Virus record (IMG/VR): IMGVR_UViG_3300032237_000972
Coordinates: 1-43,224 of that record
Length of the DNA stretch: 43,224 nucleotides
Source: a virus
Lineage: Duplodnaviria; Caudoviricetes
Direction: 5' to 3' (one strand)
The notes under the pieces were generated by a model. That model ran no database searches. It worked only from the letters and a program-made list of their open reading frames with translations, and had not been told where the DNA came from. The position numbers and the translations under genes were made by a program. Shown here in pieces: positions 1 to 8,933 of this stretch (its first letter is position 1; the number at the start of each line of letters is the position of its first letter).

Positions 1-1755
1 ATAGCGTCAGCTACTACTCCGGCCGCGGCAACAGAAAAAGCCCCTTCGGCGCCTAAAGGAACAACCAACGCGGCATTCACAGGGTTGTGCCAAGCGTTAA
101 ATGCACACCAAAAACAACTGGTTGACAAAGGCGATTATGAATTTGCCGACGTGTACGAAATCAAGTTTGATCCTCCTGAATTAATGAATTTAAAAATTCG
201 TAAACCGGGCAGCACAGTGCAAGGCGCAACAGCGATGCAACAAAAGGATGCCAAGGGTGGAGAATTAAATCCAGAAACCAATAGTGTAAACAAAAATAGT
301 CAAGCAGTACAAGTACCGTTTGGCAAACAAATTGTACAGGTAATTGAAGAAGTTTTGCGAGCAAGTGAATTTGTAACTGCACAGCAAGTGGCAGTAATAG
401 ACCCACTCACCAGCAAGGTAACTCAGCAGGCAACAACACCTAATGGACAAACAGCTTGGTTTAAAATTAGTGTGCAAACCACACCAATTGGAAAAAAGCA
501 AGACTCAAAACGTAAAGACTATGCATACAAAATAACTTATTTGATTACGCCTTTTTCGATTAGCGCAGCGCCAAGTGACTGGTTTCCTAAAAGTAAATTT
601 AGAGGAGTTCATAAAAACTTTAATTATTGGTTTACCGGAAAAAACACGCAGGTTTTAAACTACGAACAATCATACAACACTTTGTATTCATTAACCATGA
701 GTGATCAAAGTGGGGTTGCAAGAACTGGCGGAACGATTAATGACAGTCGAGAACTATATGCAAAAACATTTGCCACCCGCAGTGGAGAATCTGATTCGGG
801 TAGTGCATCCAACGAGGCGGGCGCCAACTTAGCTGAGGCACTTTATAATAGCAGTGACTTTATTGAAATTCGCATGAGAATTGTTGGCGACCCTGCCTTT
901 ATGCAACAAGGCGAAGTAGTCGGTGGTATTGTGACCAATTTTAATTATGCACCATTTAATACAGACGGAACTATTAATTTTGATGCAGGAGAAGTTTTGT
1001 TTGATGTTAGTTGGAACCGTCCCCAAGATTATAATCTCAGTACCGGACTAATGGATGTAAATGCCAAAAATGTTTCGTCTGGGGGTCAAAGTTTACCACA
1101 AGAGAATCAAACTTATCGTGGCGTTACAGTTAAAAGCATGTTTAGTAAAGGTATGTTCACCCAAGATCTACATGGAAGTTTGTTGTTAGATTTTGATAAA
1201 AATTCGTTTAACCCAACTGCACCAACTGCCACAGCAGCATCGGCGTCAAATTCAACCACAGCACCGCAAACCGCTGCCGCACCGCCCTTGGTTGCTCCAA
1301 ATAATCCGTTGCAACAGGCAAAGGATGTGGTTGGTAATCCATTAGGAGCCGTTGGTAGTTTTTTACGAAACCCATTAGGATCACTAGGATCTGATGCCGC
1401 CGGACGAACACAACAATCAGCCTCACCTCCGGCAACAACCACCGATTCGACCACTTCACCACTGGCCGGCCAAACACCTCCGGTTGCGCCAGTAAGCCTA
1501 CCAAAACCAGCCACATCCGATGGCGGAATAGTAAGTTATTCCTCAGCAACTTCTAGCAGTACACCGGCATCGTCTTCTACATTGCCGGCTCAAACTGCCA
1601 GCCCCGGCTCGTCTGTATCGGCAGTGACTAATTTACCACCACCGCCTAGTGTATTGCCAAGCAATATTAAAGATGTTATATTTGGTAATAATGCTGCCAG
1701 CGGTGTACAAACCAAAGTAAATACAACCCCACCACAAAAGATAGCCAAGGATTAA
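1..1755 (+). CDS. Putative baseplate hub / tail-associated protein (gp27/GpD-like C-terminal half), 5'-truncated, with a long Pro/Ser/Thr/Ala-rich tail
   Basis: Frame 1 is open from base 1, so the TTG at 85 is not the true start. Motifs IRMRIVGDPAFM and YRGVTVKSMFSKGMFTQDL resemble the last beta-barrel of phage hub proteins. Lies directly upstream of the gp5-like gene. Confidence 0.55.
   Translation: MASATTPAAATEKAPSAPKGTTNAAFTGLCQALNAHQKQLVDKGDYEFADVYEIKFDPPELMNLKIRKPGSTVQGATAMQQKDAKGGELNPETNSVNKNSQAVQVPFGKQIVQVIEEVLRASEFVTAQQVAVIDPLTSKVTQQATTPNGQTAWFKISVQTTPIGKKQDSKRKDYAYKITYLITPFSISAAPSDWFPKSKFRGVHKNFNYWFTGKNTQVLNYEQSYNTLYSLTMSDQSGVARTGGTINDSRELYAKTFATRSGESDSGSASNEAGANLAEALYNSSDFIEIRMRIVGDPAFMQQGEVVGGIVTNFNYAPFNTDGTINFDAGEVLFDVSWNRPQDYNLSTGLMDVNAKNVSSGGQSLPQENQTYRGVTVKSMFSKGMFTQDLHGSLLLDFDKNSFNPTAPTATAASASNSTTAPQTAAAPPLVAPNNPLQQAKDVVGNPLGAVGSFLRNPLGSLGSDAAGRTQQSASPPATTTDSTTSPLAGQTPPVAPVSLPKPATSDGGIVSYSSATSSSTPASSSTLPAQTASPGSSVSAVTNLPPPPSVLPSNIKDVIFGNNAASGVQTKVNTTPPQKIAKD
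1300..1398 (+). repeat. Three 11-aa (33-nt) imperfect repeats xNPL-x7 in the low-complexity tail of ORF1
   Basis: NNPLQQAKDVV / GNPLGAVGSFL / RNPLGSLGSDA. Confidence 0.6.
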
Positions 1756-1764
1756 GGAACAGTA

Positions 1765-3477
1765 ATGGAAAATACGCAACGAAGCCGAGGACGCTCCCGC
1801 AATTATAAATTAGATCGCGGTGGAAGCCCCACAGACTTTGGCGCCTTTGTTGGCGAAGTAATGAATAACATAGATCCTACTCGTAACGGGCGTTTACAAG
1901 TATGGATTGAGCAATTTGCCGGCGCAGATAAAACTAATAAATCTCTATGGCGTAATGTAAGTTATTGCCCGCCATTTTATGGAGCTACACCATTTACTGG
2001 AACCACATCGGGCGTTGGAGGATATACTCCAGGAAATCAACAAAGTTACGGCATGTGGTTTACCCCTCCTGATCTAGGAGTCCAAGTATTATGTTTCTTT
2101 GCTGGCGGTGCAGCCGACGACGGATATTATATTGGTTGTATTCCTGACCAGGGTATTAATCACATGATTCCGGCAATTGGTGCTGAAAGCAATTATCAAA
2201 CTCAAAATAAAAATGAACAGACATACTACGCCAATGCCTCTAGATTACCAGTTACTGAAATTAATAATTCGCCAACCAACACTGAAATTAGCGAAAATCC
2301 ACAATTTTTTAAACAACCAAAACCAGTCCATAGTTTTGTAGCGGCAGTGCTATTCCAGCAAGGATTGTCCAACGATCCAGTGCGTGGACCAATCGGAAGT
2401 AGTGCTCAACGAGAAAGCCCTAGTAACTGCTACGGTATCAGCACTCCAGGCCGAGCAATTTATCAAGGCGGAATAGATGAAAAAACAGTCAAACAAAAAG
2501 TAACCACCGGAGCACTTAATGCCAATGACGCCACAGTTATTGGCCGTCGTGGCGGTCATACCTTTGTCATGGACGACGGCGATCTTGAAGGCAAGGACAA
2601 TTTAGTTCGTATACGCAGTTCTAAAGGACATCAAATCACCATGAGTGACGACGGCAATTGTTTTTATATTTGCCACGCCAACGGTCAATCATGGTTAGAA
2701 TTTGGACAAGAAGGTACATTAGATGTTTTCAGTACAAACTCAATCAACTTGCGTACCGAAGGAACTCTTAACCTGCATGCTGACAAGGATGTTAATATCT
2801 TTGCCGGCGAAAAGATAAACATAAAAGCTAAAAAAGGCTTTGCACTACAATGCGATGATGAATTAAGTATTGCCTGCAAAAAAGCCATGACTATTTTTAG
2901 TGAAGGCAAACTAGGATTAAAAACTAATGTTCAATTCGCAGTCAAGAGTAAATTGGCCACAATTGACGGGGGTACCGCATTAAGTCTCAAAGGCATATTA
3001 ATAAGTCTTAATGGCGGCCCTACTCTAGGAGTAGATGCACCCAAGGGCATTACCAAGTATGTCATGCCCGATACTTCGTTTGATAGCAGCACCGGGTGGG
3101 CGGTGGCGCCAGCCGGACTTGAAAGTATTGTAACTCGCGCTCCTACCCACGAACCGTGGCCTTACCATAATCAGGGTGTAGCAAACAATGTTAGCTTAGA
3201 AAAAGGACAACCAAGCCCGCCACCCGGAGCACCCCCAATGCCTCCTGGAACATCTATTACATTAACCGGTGCCAACGCAGCCAAAGTGGCAGAATTAAAA
3301 ACAAACCTAGCAAACTATAAAGCAGAACTAGTTAAAGACGAAGAACTTCGTGCAAGAATTATTGCGGCCGGCGATACTAAGAACTTAGCAGGCATCGACC
3401 AAGTTATTGTCGATAGAAAGAAAGTGATTGCAGTGACCGAACAACAAATTGCTACCCTGGAGAGAGGGTCAAAATAA
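1765..3477 (+). CDS. Baseplate central spike, T4 gp5/VgrG-like (OB-fold plus beta-helix), no evident lysozyme domain
   Basis: N-terminal GEVMNNIDPTRNGRLQVWI and GMWFTPPDLGVQVLCFF match the gp5/Vgr OB-fold pattern; GHTFVMDD, GHQITMSD and periodic beta-strand repeats follow; His motif THEPWPYH near the tip; SD-like AAGGA upstream; gp25 and gp6 downstream. Confidence 0.85.
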   Translation: MENTQRSRGRSRNYKLDRGGSPTDFGAFVGEVMNNIDPTRNGRLQVWIEQFAGADKTNKSLWRNVSYCPPFYGATPFTGTTSGVGGYTPGNQQSYGMWFTPPDLGVQVLCFFAGGAADDGYYIGCIPDQGINHMIPAIGAESNYQTQNKNEQTYYANASRLPVTEINNSPTNTEISENPQFFKQPKPVHSFVAAVLFQQGLSNDPVRGPIGSSAQRESPSNCYGISTPGRAIYQGGIDEKTVKQKVTTGALNANDATVIGRRGGHTFVMDDGDLEGKDNLVRIRSSKGHQITMSDDGNCFYICHANGQSWLEFGQEGTLDVFSTNSINLRTEGTLNLHADKDVNIFAGEKINIKAKKGFALQCDDELSIACKKAMTIFSEGKLGLKTNVQFAVKSKLATIDGGTALSLKGILISLNGGPTLGVDAPKGITKYVMPDTSFDSSTGWAVAPAGLESIVTRAPTHEPWPYHNQGVANNVSLEKGQPSPPPGAPPMPPGTSITLTGANAAKVAELKTNLANYKAELVKDEELRARIIAAGDTKNLAGIDQVIVDRKKVIAVTEQQIATLERGSK

Positions 3478-3478
3478 A

Positions 3479-5056
3479 ATGGCAACATTTAAATATACCC
3501 TTCCTAGCGGCAATACCTTTGAGTTAGAAGCGCCAACAGGAACCACACAGGCTCAGGCAGATTTTATTTTTTACAGCCAAGTGGCGGCTGGAAGTCTTGT
3601 AGGGTACACAATAGGACAAACACTAACCAGCGCACAAACAAGATTAACTAATTTTGAATTAAGTCGTTTAGAAAGAGATACCGCCGGAGTCGACCGCGTA
3701 ACTATTTTGTCAATTGTTAGTGGTAACGTGGCATTGTCGGTACCGGCGTTATTGAATACACCTTTACAAACTCCAATAACTGTTGCAGATTATGCCGGAA
3801 CTCCGGTAGGTCTAGGGCTAGACCCGGTGGGACCATTAACGCCGGATGAAGTAAAGGCGTTGATTACAACCACAGAAGTATATGTCGATCAACCCCCGGA
3901 TACTATCACTGATACCGGTATTGGCACTTACAATCTTACTCCAGAATCTTTAGAAAAAACAGGATATCTAAAACCAGGCACCGCCAATTATCCCGACTTT
4001 GCTTGTGTAATTGGTACACCCAGTGTATGGACTGGTAAGGATGGTGTAACCTCTGTGGCCGGCATCTTAGACGATCCAGGATTGCAAACCAAGATACAAA
4101 ATGGAGTTCTACAACTTAATTACGAATCATTAACCGCTAGCGGAACCATTCAAACTCAAAACTCGGCACCTGCAAGCACCAGCACAGGACAAATTTACGG
4201 CGCCGCAGGGTTAACAGCGTTGACCGCTGCTAGTTTAGTGTCTGGAACTGCGGCACTTAGTAACAACTTTAATAAACTTATTACTTCATCATTTTCAGGA
4301 GTTACTTCGTTAACCAGCTCCATTAGCGGTCAAATACCGGCCTCGGTTAGCAGTTTATTACAAACCCCAATTAATAATATATCAACCATTGCCAATGGTG
4401 CAGTCAATAGTGTAACTCAAGGAATTTCTAATTTAACCGCCGATGCTACCGCAGCTGCCAATCAACTAGTAAAAGAATCAGTTGGTGCAGTAGTTAATAA
4501 TGCTGCGCAGTTTACAGCACCGGTGGCAGCGGCGTGGGCACAAGGTAGTGCATTATTAAATAGTACACTAGGATCAGCTCAGGGTGTACTAAATTCAGCC
4601 CTAGGCGAAGCACAAGGATTATTAACTGGTGCTATTGGCGGCGCTCAAGGACTGTTAACTGGCGCTTTAGGATCAGCACAAGGATATGCCACTAATGCAT
4701 TGGGTAGTTTATCTGGTATAGCTACCGGAGCACTAGGTTCGTTAGGAACTCAAGCCCAGGCGTTGTTAGGCAATCTTGGCGGTAGCTTAGACATATTTGG
4801 AAAAATGTCAAGCTTCAGCGTAGACTTTAGTTTGTTCAGTTCAGACAGTTTAGTGTCGGCTACTAAAGTAGCTGGAGGATTTAGTAACACAGTCAATCGA
4901 CAAACAGTAGATGCAGCAGTGAAAAGATTATTAGGAAATGCTAAAATTCCTACACCTAGTTTTGAATTTCCTAGTGCTCTTACCGCTGGAATTAACGCCG
5001 ATATTCAACAAGCACAGAAAAAATTGTCCGAGCTTAAAACACAGTACATAGGATAG
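3479..5056 (+). CDS. Baseplate-associated virion protein with a possible degenerate lysozyme-like segment and amphipathic 11-aa repeats
   Basis: ATG at 3479 just after the gp5 stop is preferred over TTG 3449. Segment GIGTYNLTPESLEKTGYLK...WTGKDGVTSVAGILDDPGLQ recalls lysozyme-like domains of large-phage tail proteins (from memory, unverified). C-terminal half is G/A/S/L-rich. Confidence 0.5.
   Translation: MATFKYTLPSGNTFELEAPTGTTQAQADFIFYSQVAAGSLVGYTIGQTLTSAQTRLTNFELSRLERDTAGVDRVTILSIVSGNVALSVPALLNTPLQTPITVADYAGTPVGLGLDPVGPLTPDEVKALITTTEVYVDQPPDTITDTGIGTYNLTPESLEKTGYLKPGTANYPDFACVIGTPSVWTGKDGVTSVAGILDDPGLQTKIQNGVLQLNYESLTASGTIQTQNSAPASTSTGQIYGAAGLTALTAASLVSGTAALSNNFNKLITSSFSGVTSLTSSISGQIPASVSSLLQTPINNISTIANGAVNSVTQGISNLTADATAAANQLVKESVGAVVNNAAQFTAPVAAAWAQGSALLNSTLGSAQGVLNSALGEAQGLLTGAIGGAQGLLTGALGSAQGYATNALGSLSGIATGALGSLGTQAQALLGNLGGSLDIFGKMSSFSVDFSLFSSDSLVSATKVAGGFSNTVNRQTVDAAVKRLLGNAKIPTPSFEFPSALTAGINADIQQAQKKLSELKTQYIG
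4553..4783 (+). repeat. Seven tandem 11-aa (33-nt) repeats, consensus LLTGALGSAQG
   Basis: LLNSTLGSAQG VLNSALGEAQG LLTGAIGGAQG LLTGALGSAQG YATNALGSLSG IATGALGSLGT QAQALLGNLGG. Confidence 0.85.
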
Positions 5057-5058
5057 AG

Positions 5059-5064
5059 TAAATA
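5059..5064 (+). promoter_or_regulatory. Putative T4-like late promoter core TAAATA
   Basis: TAAATA in the 12-nt gap before the gp25-like ATG; the same motif recurs in other intergenic gaps of the structural module (T4 consensus TATAAATA). Confidence 0.45.
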
Positions 5065-5068
5065 CAAT

Positions 5069-5443
5069 ATGACTACTTTTGTTGGATTTAGCACCATTAA
5101 TCAATACAAAAAGTTTACACTAGTAGACTTTGAGTTAATTAAACGCGACTTGTTAAATGCGTTTAATATCCGCCAAGGTGAGCTTGTTGGTCGCCCAGGC
5201 TACGGAACAACACTTTGGGATAACGTGTTTGAAAATCAAACACAAGAAACTATCCGCACTATTACCGCAGAAATCGAACGAGTAGCAGGTGGCGATCCAC
5301 GTGTGTTTATTGATACTCCGCAAATATTCCCACAACAAAATGGACTGTTAATACAACTTCAAATTACAGTGATTCCAGGCCAAACTGCACAATTATTATC
5401 TGTATTCTTTGATCAACAAACACGTCGAGCCAGTTACGTTTAA
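5069..5443 (+). CDS. Baseplate wedge subunit, gp25-like
   Basis: 124 aa; LIKRDLLNAFNIRQGELVGRPGYGTTLWDNVFE and DPRV match the GPW/gp25 family pattern; adjacent to gp6. Confidence 0.9.
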   Translation: MTTFVGFSTINQYKKFTLVDFELIKRDLLNAFNIRQGELVGRPGYGTTLWDNVFENQTQETIRTITAEIERVAGGDPRVFIDTPQIFPQQNGLLIQLQITVIPGQTAQLLSVFFDQQTRRASYV

Positions 5444-5463
5444 CTACCCAGTTTATTCCTGTA

Positions 5464-5470
5464 ATAAATA
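5464..5470 (+). promoter_or_regulatory. Putative late promoter ATAAATA upstream of the gp6-like gene
   Basis: AATAAATA about 20 nt upstream of ATG 5490, one mismatch to TATAAATA; GGA SD-like element between them. Confidence 0.5.
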
Positions 5471-5489
5471 ATACAACAACGGAATAACC

Positions 5490-8400
5490 ATGGCCACAAC
5501 TACAAGACAAACCGCGATATTTGGTGTTGAAGATTGGAAACGAATCTATCAAACCTACCGCGAAGCTGACTTTCAAAGCTACGATTTTGAAACCCTACGC
5601 AAAAGTTTTGTAGACTACTTGCGCCTGTATTATCCAGAAACATTCAATGATTATATTGAGTCTAGCGAATTTATCGCCTTACTTGACGTTATGGCTTTTA
5701 TGGGCCAAAGTCTTGCATTCCGCACAGATTTAAACACACGTGAAAACTATTTAGACACAGCCGAGCGTCGCGATAGTGTTGTTAAACTTGCACAATTAGT
5801 AAGTTACACACCTAAGCGCAACACAGAAGCATCGGGATATTTAAAAGTATTCAGTGTTAAGACCACAGAAAATGTTTTAGATTATAACGGTGTTAATTTA
5901 TCTAATATTACCGTAAACTGGGCAGACCCAAGTAATCAAGATTGGCAAGAACAGTTCACAGCAATCATCAATGCCAGTTTAGTTAATACGCAACGCATCG
6001 GCCGCCCTGGCAACAATCAGGTCATCCTAGGAGTAGATACACAGGAATACACCATCAATTTGGTTCCAGGATACTTACCGGTGTTGCCTTACACCGCTAC
6101 AGTTGATGGGGTCAACATGCCATTTGAAGCAGTTAACTCAACTAGCGCCGGCAAAAGTTATGTTTACGAGCCACGTCCATTACCTAACGGACAATTTAAT
6201 GTTTTATTCCGTAATGATCAATTAGGTTTTGCAAGTGCTAATACAGGATATTTCTTCTTGTTTAAGCAAGGCGTGTTACAAAATCAAGACTTCAACTTGC
6301 CAGAACGTATTAGTAACCGGTCAGTAGAGATTAATATTGAGGGTGTTAATAACGAAGATGTTTGGTTGTATCAGTTAGACAACCTGGGCAACTTAACTCA
6401 AGAGTGGACTAAAGTTGAAAATGTGTATGGTGCTGCAATTGAACAGTTGACTCCCGGAACGCGAACAATTTATTCTGTAACAAGTCGCACCAACGATCAA
6501 ATTACTTTAAACTTTGGAGACGGAGTATTTTCCACAATACCTGTTGGTACATTTCGTAATTATGTTCGTGCCAGCAACGGTCTCCAGTACATTATTAATC
6601 CTGTTGAAATGCAAAGTGTTCAACTTCCTATTTCTTATGTTAGTCGTACTGGGCAGTTGGAAACGATTACCTTTACCTGTGGTATCACACAACCTGTAAG
6701 CAACAGTCAGGCACGTGAGACCATTCAAGAAATTAAGCAACGAGCACCTGCACGTTATTACACACAAGATCGCATGGTCAATGGTGAAGATTACAATAAC
6801 TTCCCATTTACAGCTTACAATAGTATTTTAAAATCAAAAGCGTTAAATCGTGCCAGTATTGGTACCAGTCGCTACCTCGACCTAGTAGATAACACTGGCA
6901 AGTATAGTAGTACTAATATTTTTGCCGCCGACGGCGCATTATATGAAGCCAATAATTTGCCAGCTTTCCAATTTACTTGGCTAACCAACAATGATATTGC
7001 CGATGTGATAACCAACAGCATTCAGCCTGTGTTGGTTGAAGACGGTGCCAAACAATTTTACTATGCCAACTATACTCGACCAGACTTGACAGTATTAAAT
7101 ATTACCTGGTATCAAAGCACCACACAATTAAATGAAACCACTGGGTATTTCCAAAATTCATTGGACAATCCAGTATCCATTGGCACTTATTCAAGTAATA
7201 ACACAAAATATATTGAAGTCGGATCTCTAGTAAAATTTGTAGCTCCTACTGGTTATTTCTTTGACAAAGACAATCAACTAGTAGCCGGTGTTCCAATTAA
7301 AGCCGATGAAAAATATTCAATCTGGGCCAGCCCAACCGCAGTTTATGTCGATGGAACTAATCAAGGCCTTGGTAACTTTACCAACGGATTAGGGCCAGTA
7401 GTACTTAACAATTTTGTACCCACCGGCGCAATTGCCACCCAGGTTATTCCATTGTTTACCACCGATTTTACCAGTACCTTTGCACAAAGCGTTGCCGAGC
7501 AAGTACGATTAAATCGTAATTTTGGCCTAGGATATGATAATTTAACAGCCACCTGGTACTTAATTAATAGCACCAATCTTGATATAAATGCTGATTTTAG
7601 TTTGGCCAACGCACAATCAACCGCCGGCGTTAATAGCGACGCTAGTTGGTTTATACAGGCAACAACAGACGGATCAACATATACTGTGGTTAGTCGTAGT
7701 TTAGATTATTTCTTTGGCAGTGTTCTAGAAACACGTTTCTTCTTCTTTACCAATCAAAAGATCTACGACAGTCGCACAGGCACAGTTATTAGCGATTTTG
7801 TTAATATATTAAAAACTAACAGCAAACCCGACAACAATACCCCACTTGAAGGCGACACTCGTGTACGGATCATTGGACAACCAGTCGAATCAGATGGCTA
7901 TGTCGATGATTTCCAAGTCGTTGTTGGGTTTGAAGATAACGATGCCGACGGCATTCCAGACAACCCAGATTTTTTCAATGACATTGTAGCACCCGGGGTC
8001 AATAGTAACTTAAAATTAGTATTCCTACAACGTACTGTGGACTTTGATAATCTTCAACGCTATTTGTTAGTTGAGCCAGGAGTAGTCAATAGCGAGTACC
8101 CCACACAAGCTGCAATTGAATTAGTCAAGGCCGAATATGTTGATGGCCAGGTATTTTATGCCTACAATCCAACCAGTGCCACTAGTAATATTAATTATAC
8201 CGCTGGTCTATTTTATCAATTAACATTGAACAACGACGGAACAAGAACCGTAGACCCTACTGCATCGGGTGAATGGATTGCTCGAGTAGGTCGTCAAGAT
8301 TTGTATTTTCAATATCGCCATAATAGTCCATTGACCAGTCGTCTTGACCCAGGCACAACCAATATCATTGACATTTATATTGTAACCTTGTCTTATTATG

Positions 8401-8933
8401 TTGCCTATCAGAATTGGATTAAAGACTCGACTGGCACGGTTGCTGAGCCAATCCCGCCTACGTTAGATGAACTCACTACCGAATATGCTGGTCTTCAAGA
8501 TTATAAAATGATATCTGACAATATGATTTTAAATACTGTAGAATTTAAACCATTGTTTGGGGCTAAGGCTGCGCAAGAATTACGTGCCGTTATTAAAGTG
8601 ATTCCGGCTGCTGGCACTACAACTAGCACCAGCGAAATTAAAAATTTAGTAGTGACCAATATGGATGCTTATTTTAGTTTAGACAAATGGGATTTTGGAG
8701 CTACCTTTTACTTTAGTGAATTAGCCGCCTATATTCATCGTCAAATTGGCAGTATTGTAAGTAGCGTGGTATTGGTTCCTCTTAATCCTCAAAAATCATT
8801 CGGTGACTTGTACGAAATTAGGTCAGCACCAAATCAAATCTTTGTTAATGCCGCAACAGTAAACGACATTCAAGTTATTCAAGCCTTGACCAGTACAAAT
8901 ATTCGTACTGCACCCGGTAGTGGAGTAATTTAA
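5490..8933 (+). CDS. Baseplate wedge protein, T4 gp6-like (large form)
   Basis: DFETLRKSFVDYL...SSEFIALLDVMAFMG...ENYLDTAERRDSVVKLAQLVSYTP, LNFGDGVF and ETIQEIKQRAPARYYTQDRMVNGEDY are hallmark gp6/baseplate-J motifs. Confidence 0.9.
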   Translation: MATTTRQTAIFGVEDWKRIYQTYREADFQSYDFETLRKSFVDYLRLYYPETFNDYIESSEFIALLDVMAFMGQSLAFRTDLNTRENYLDTAERRDSVVKLAQLVSYTPKRNTEASGYLKVFSVKTTENVLDYNGVNLSNITVNWADPSNQDWQEQFTAIINASLVNTQRIGRPGNNQVILGVDTQEYTINLVPGYLPVLPYTATVDGVNMPFEAVNSTSAGKSYVYEPRPLPNGQFNVLFRNDQLGFASANTGYFFLFKQGVLQNQDFNLPERISNRSVEINIEGVNNEDVWLYQLDNLGNLTQEWTKVENVYGAAIEQLTPGTRTIYSVTSRTNDQITLNFGDGVFSTIPVGTFRNYVRASNGLQYIINPVEMQSVQLPISYVSRTGQLETITFTCGITQPVSNSQARETIQEIKQRAPARYYTQDRMVNGEDYNNFPFTAYNSILKSKALNRASIGTSRYLDLVDNTGKYSSTNIFAADGALYEANNLPAFQFTWLTNNDIADVITNSIQPVLVEDGAKQFYYANYTRPDLTVLNITWYQSTTQLNETTGYFQNSLDNPVSIGTYSSNNTKYIEVGSLVKFVAPTGYFFDKDNQLVAGVPIKADEKYSIWASPTAVYVDGTNQGLGNFTNGLGPVVLNNFVPTGAIATQVIPLFTTDFTSTFAQSVAEQVRLNRNFGLGYDNLTATWYLINSTNLDINADFSLANAQSTAGVNSDASWFIQATTDGSTYTVVSRSLDYFFGSVLETRFFFFTNQKIYDSRTGTVISDFVNILKTNSKPDNNTPLEGDTRVRIIGQPVESDGYVDDFQVVVGFEDNDADGIPDNPDFFNDIVAPGVNSNLKLVFLQRTVDFDNLQRYLLVEPGVVNSEYPTQAAIELVKAEYVDGQVFYAYNPTSATSNINYTAGLFYQLTLNNDGTRTVDPTASGEWIARVGRQDLYFQYRHNSPLTSRLDPGTTNIIDIYIVTLSYYVAYQNWIKDSTGTVAEPIPPTLDELTTEYAGLQDYKMISDNMILNTVEFKPLFGAKAAQELRAVIKVIPAAGTTTSTSEIKNLVVTNMDAYFSLDKWDFGATFYFSELAAYIHRQIGSIVSSVVLVPLNPQKSFGDLYEIRSAPNQIFVNAATVNDIQVIQALTSTNIRTAPGSGVI

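Noticed and set aside
1765-8933. Bacterial T6SS, eCIS or tailocin locus (VgrG/gp25/baseplate-J homologs)
   Set aside because: The large gp6, T4-like late motifs, phage-type tail fibre, dense single-strand packing and lack of Tss membrane or ATPase genes fit a large myophage better.
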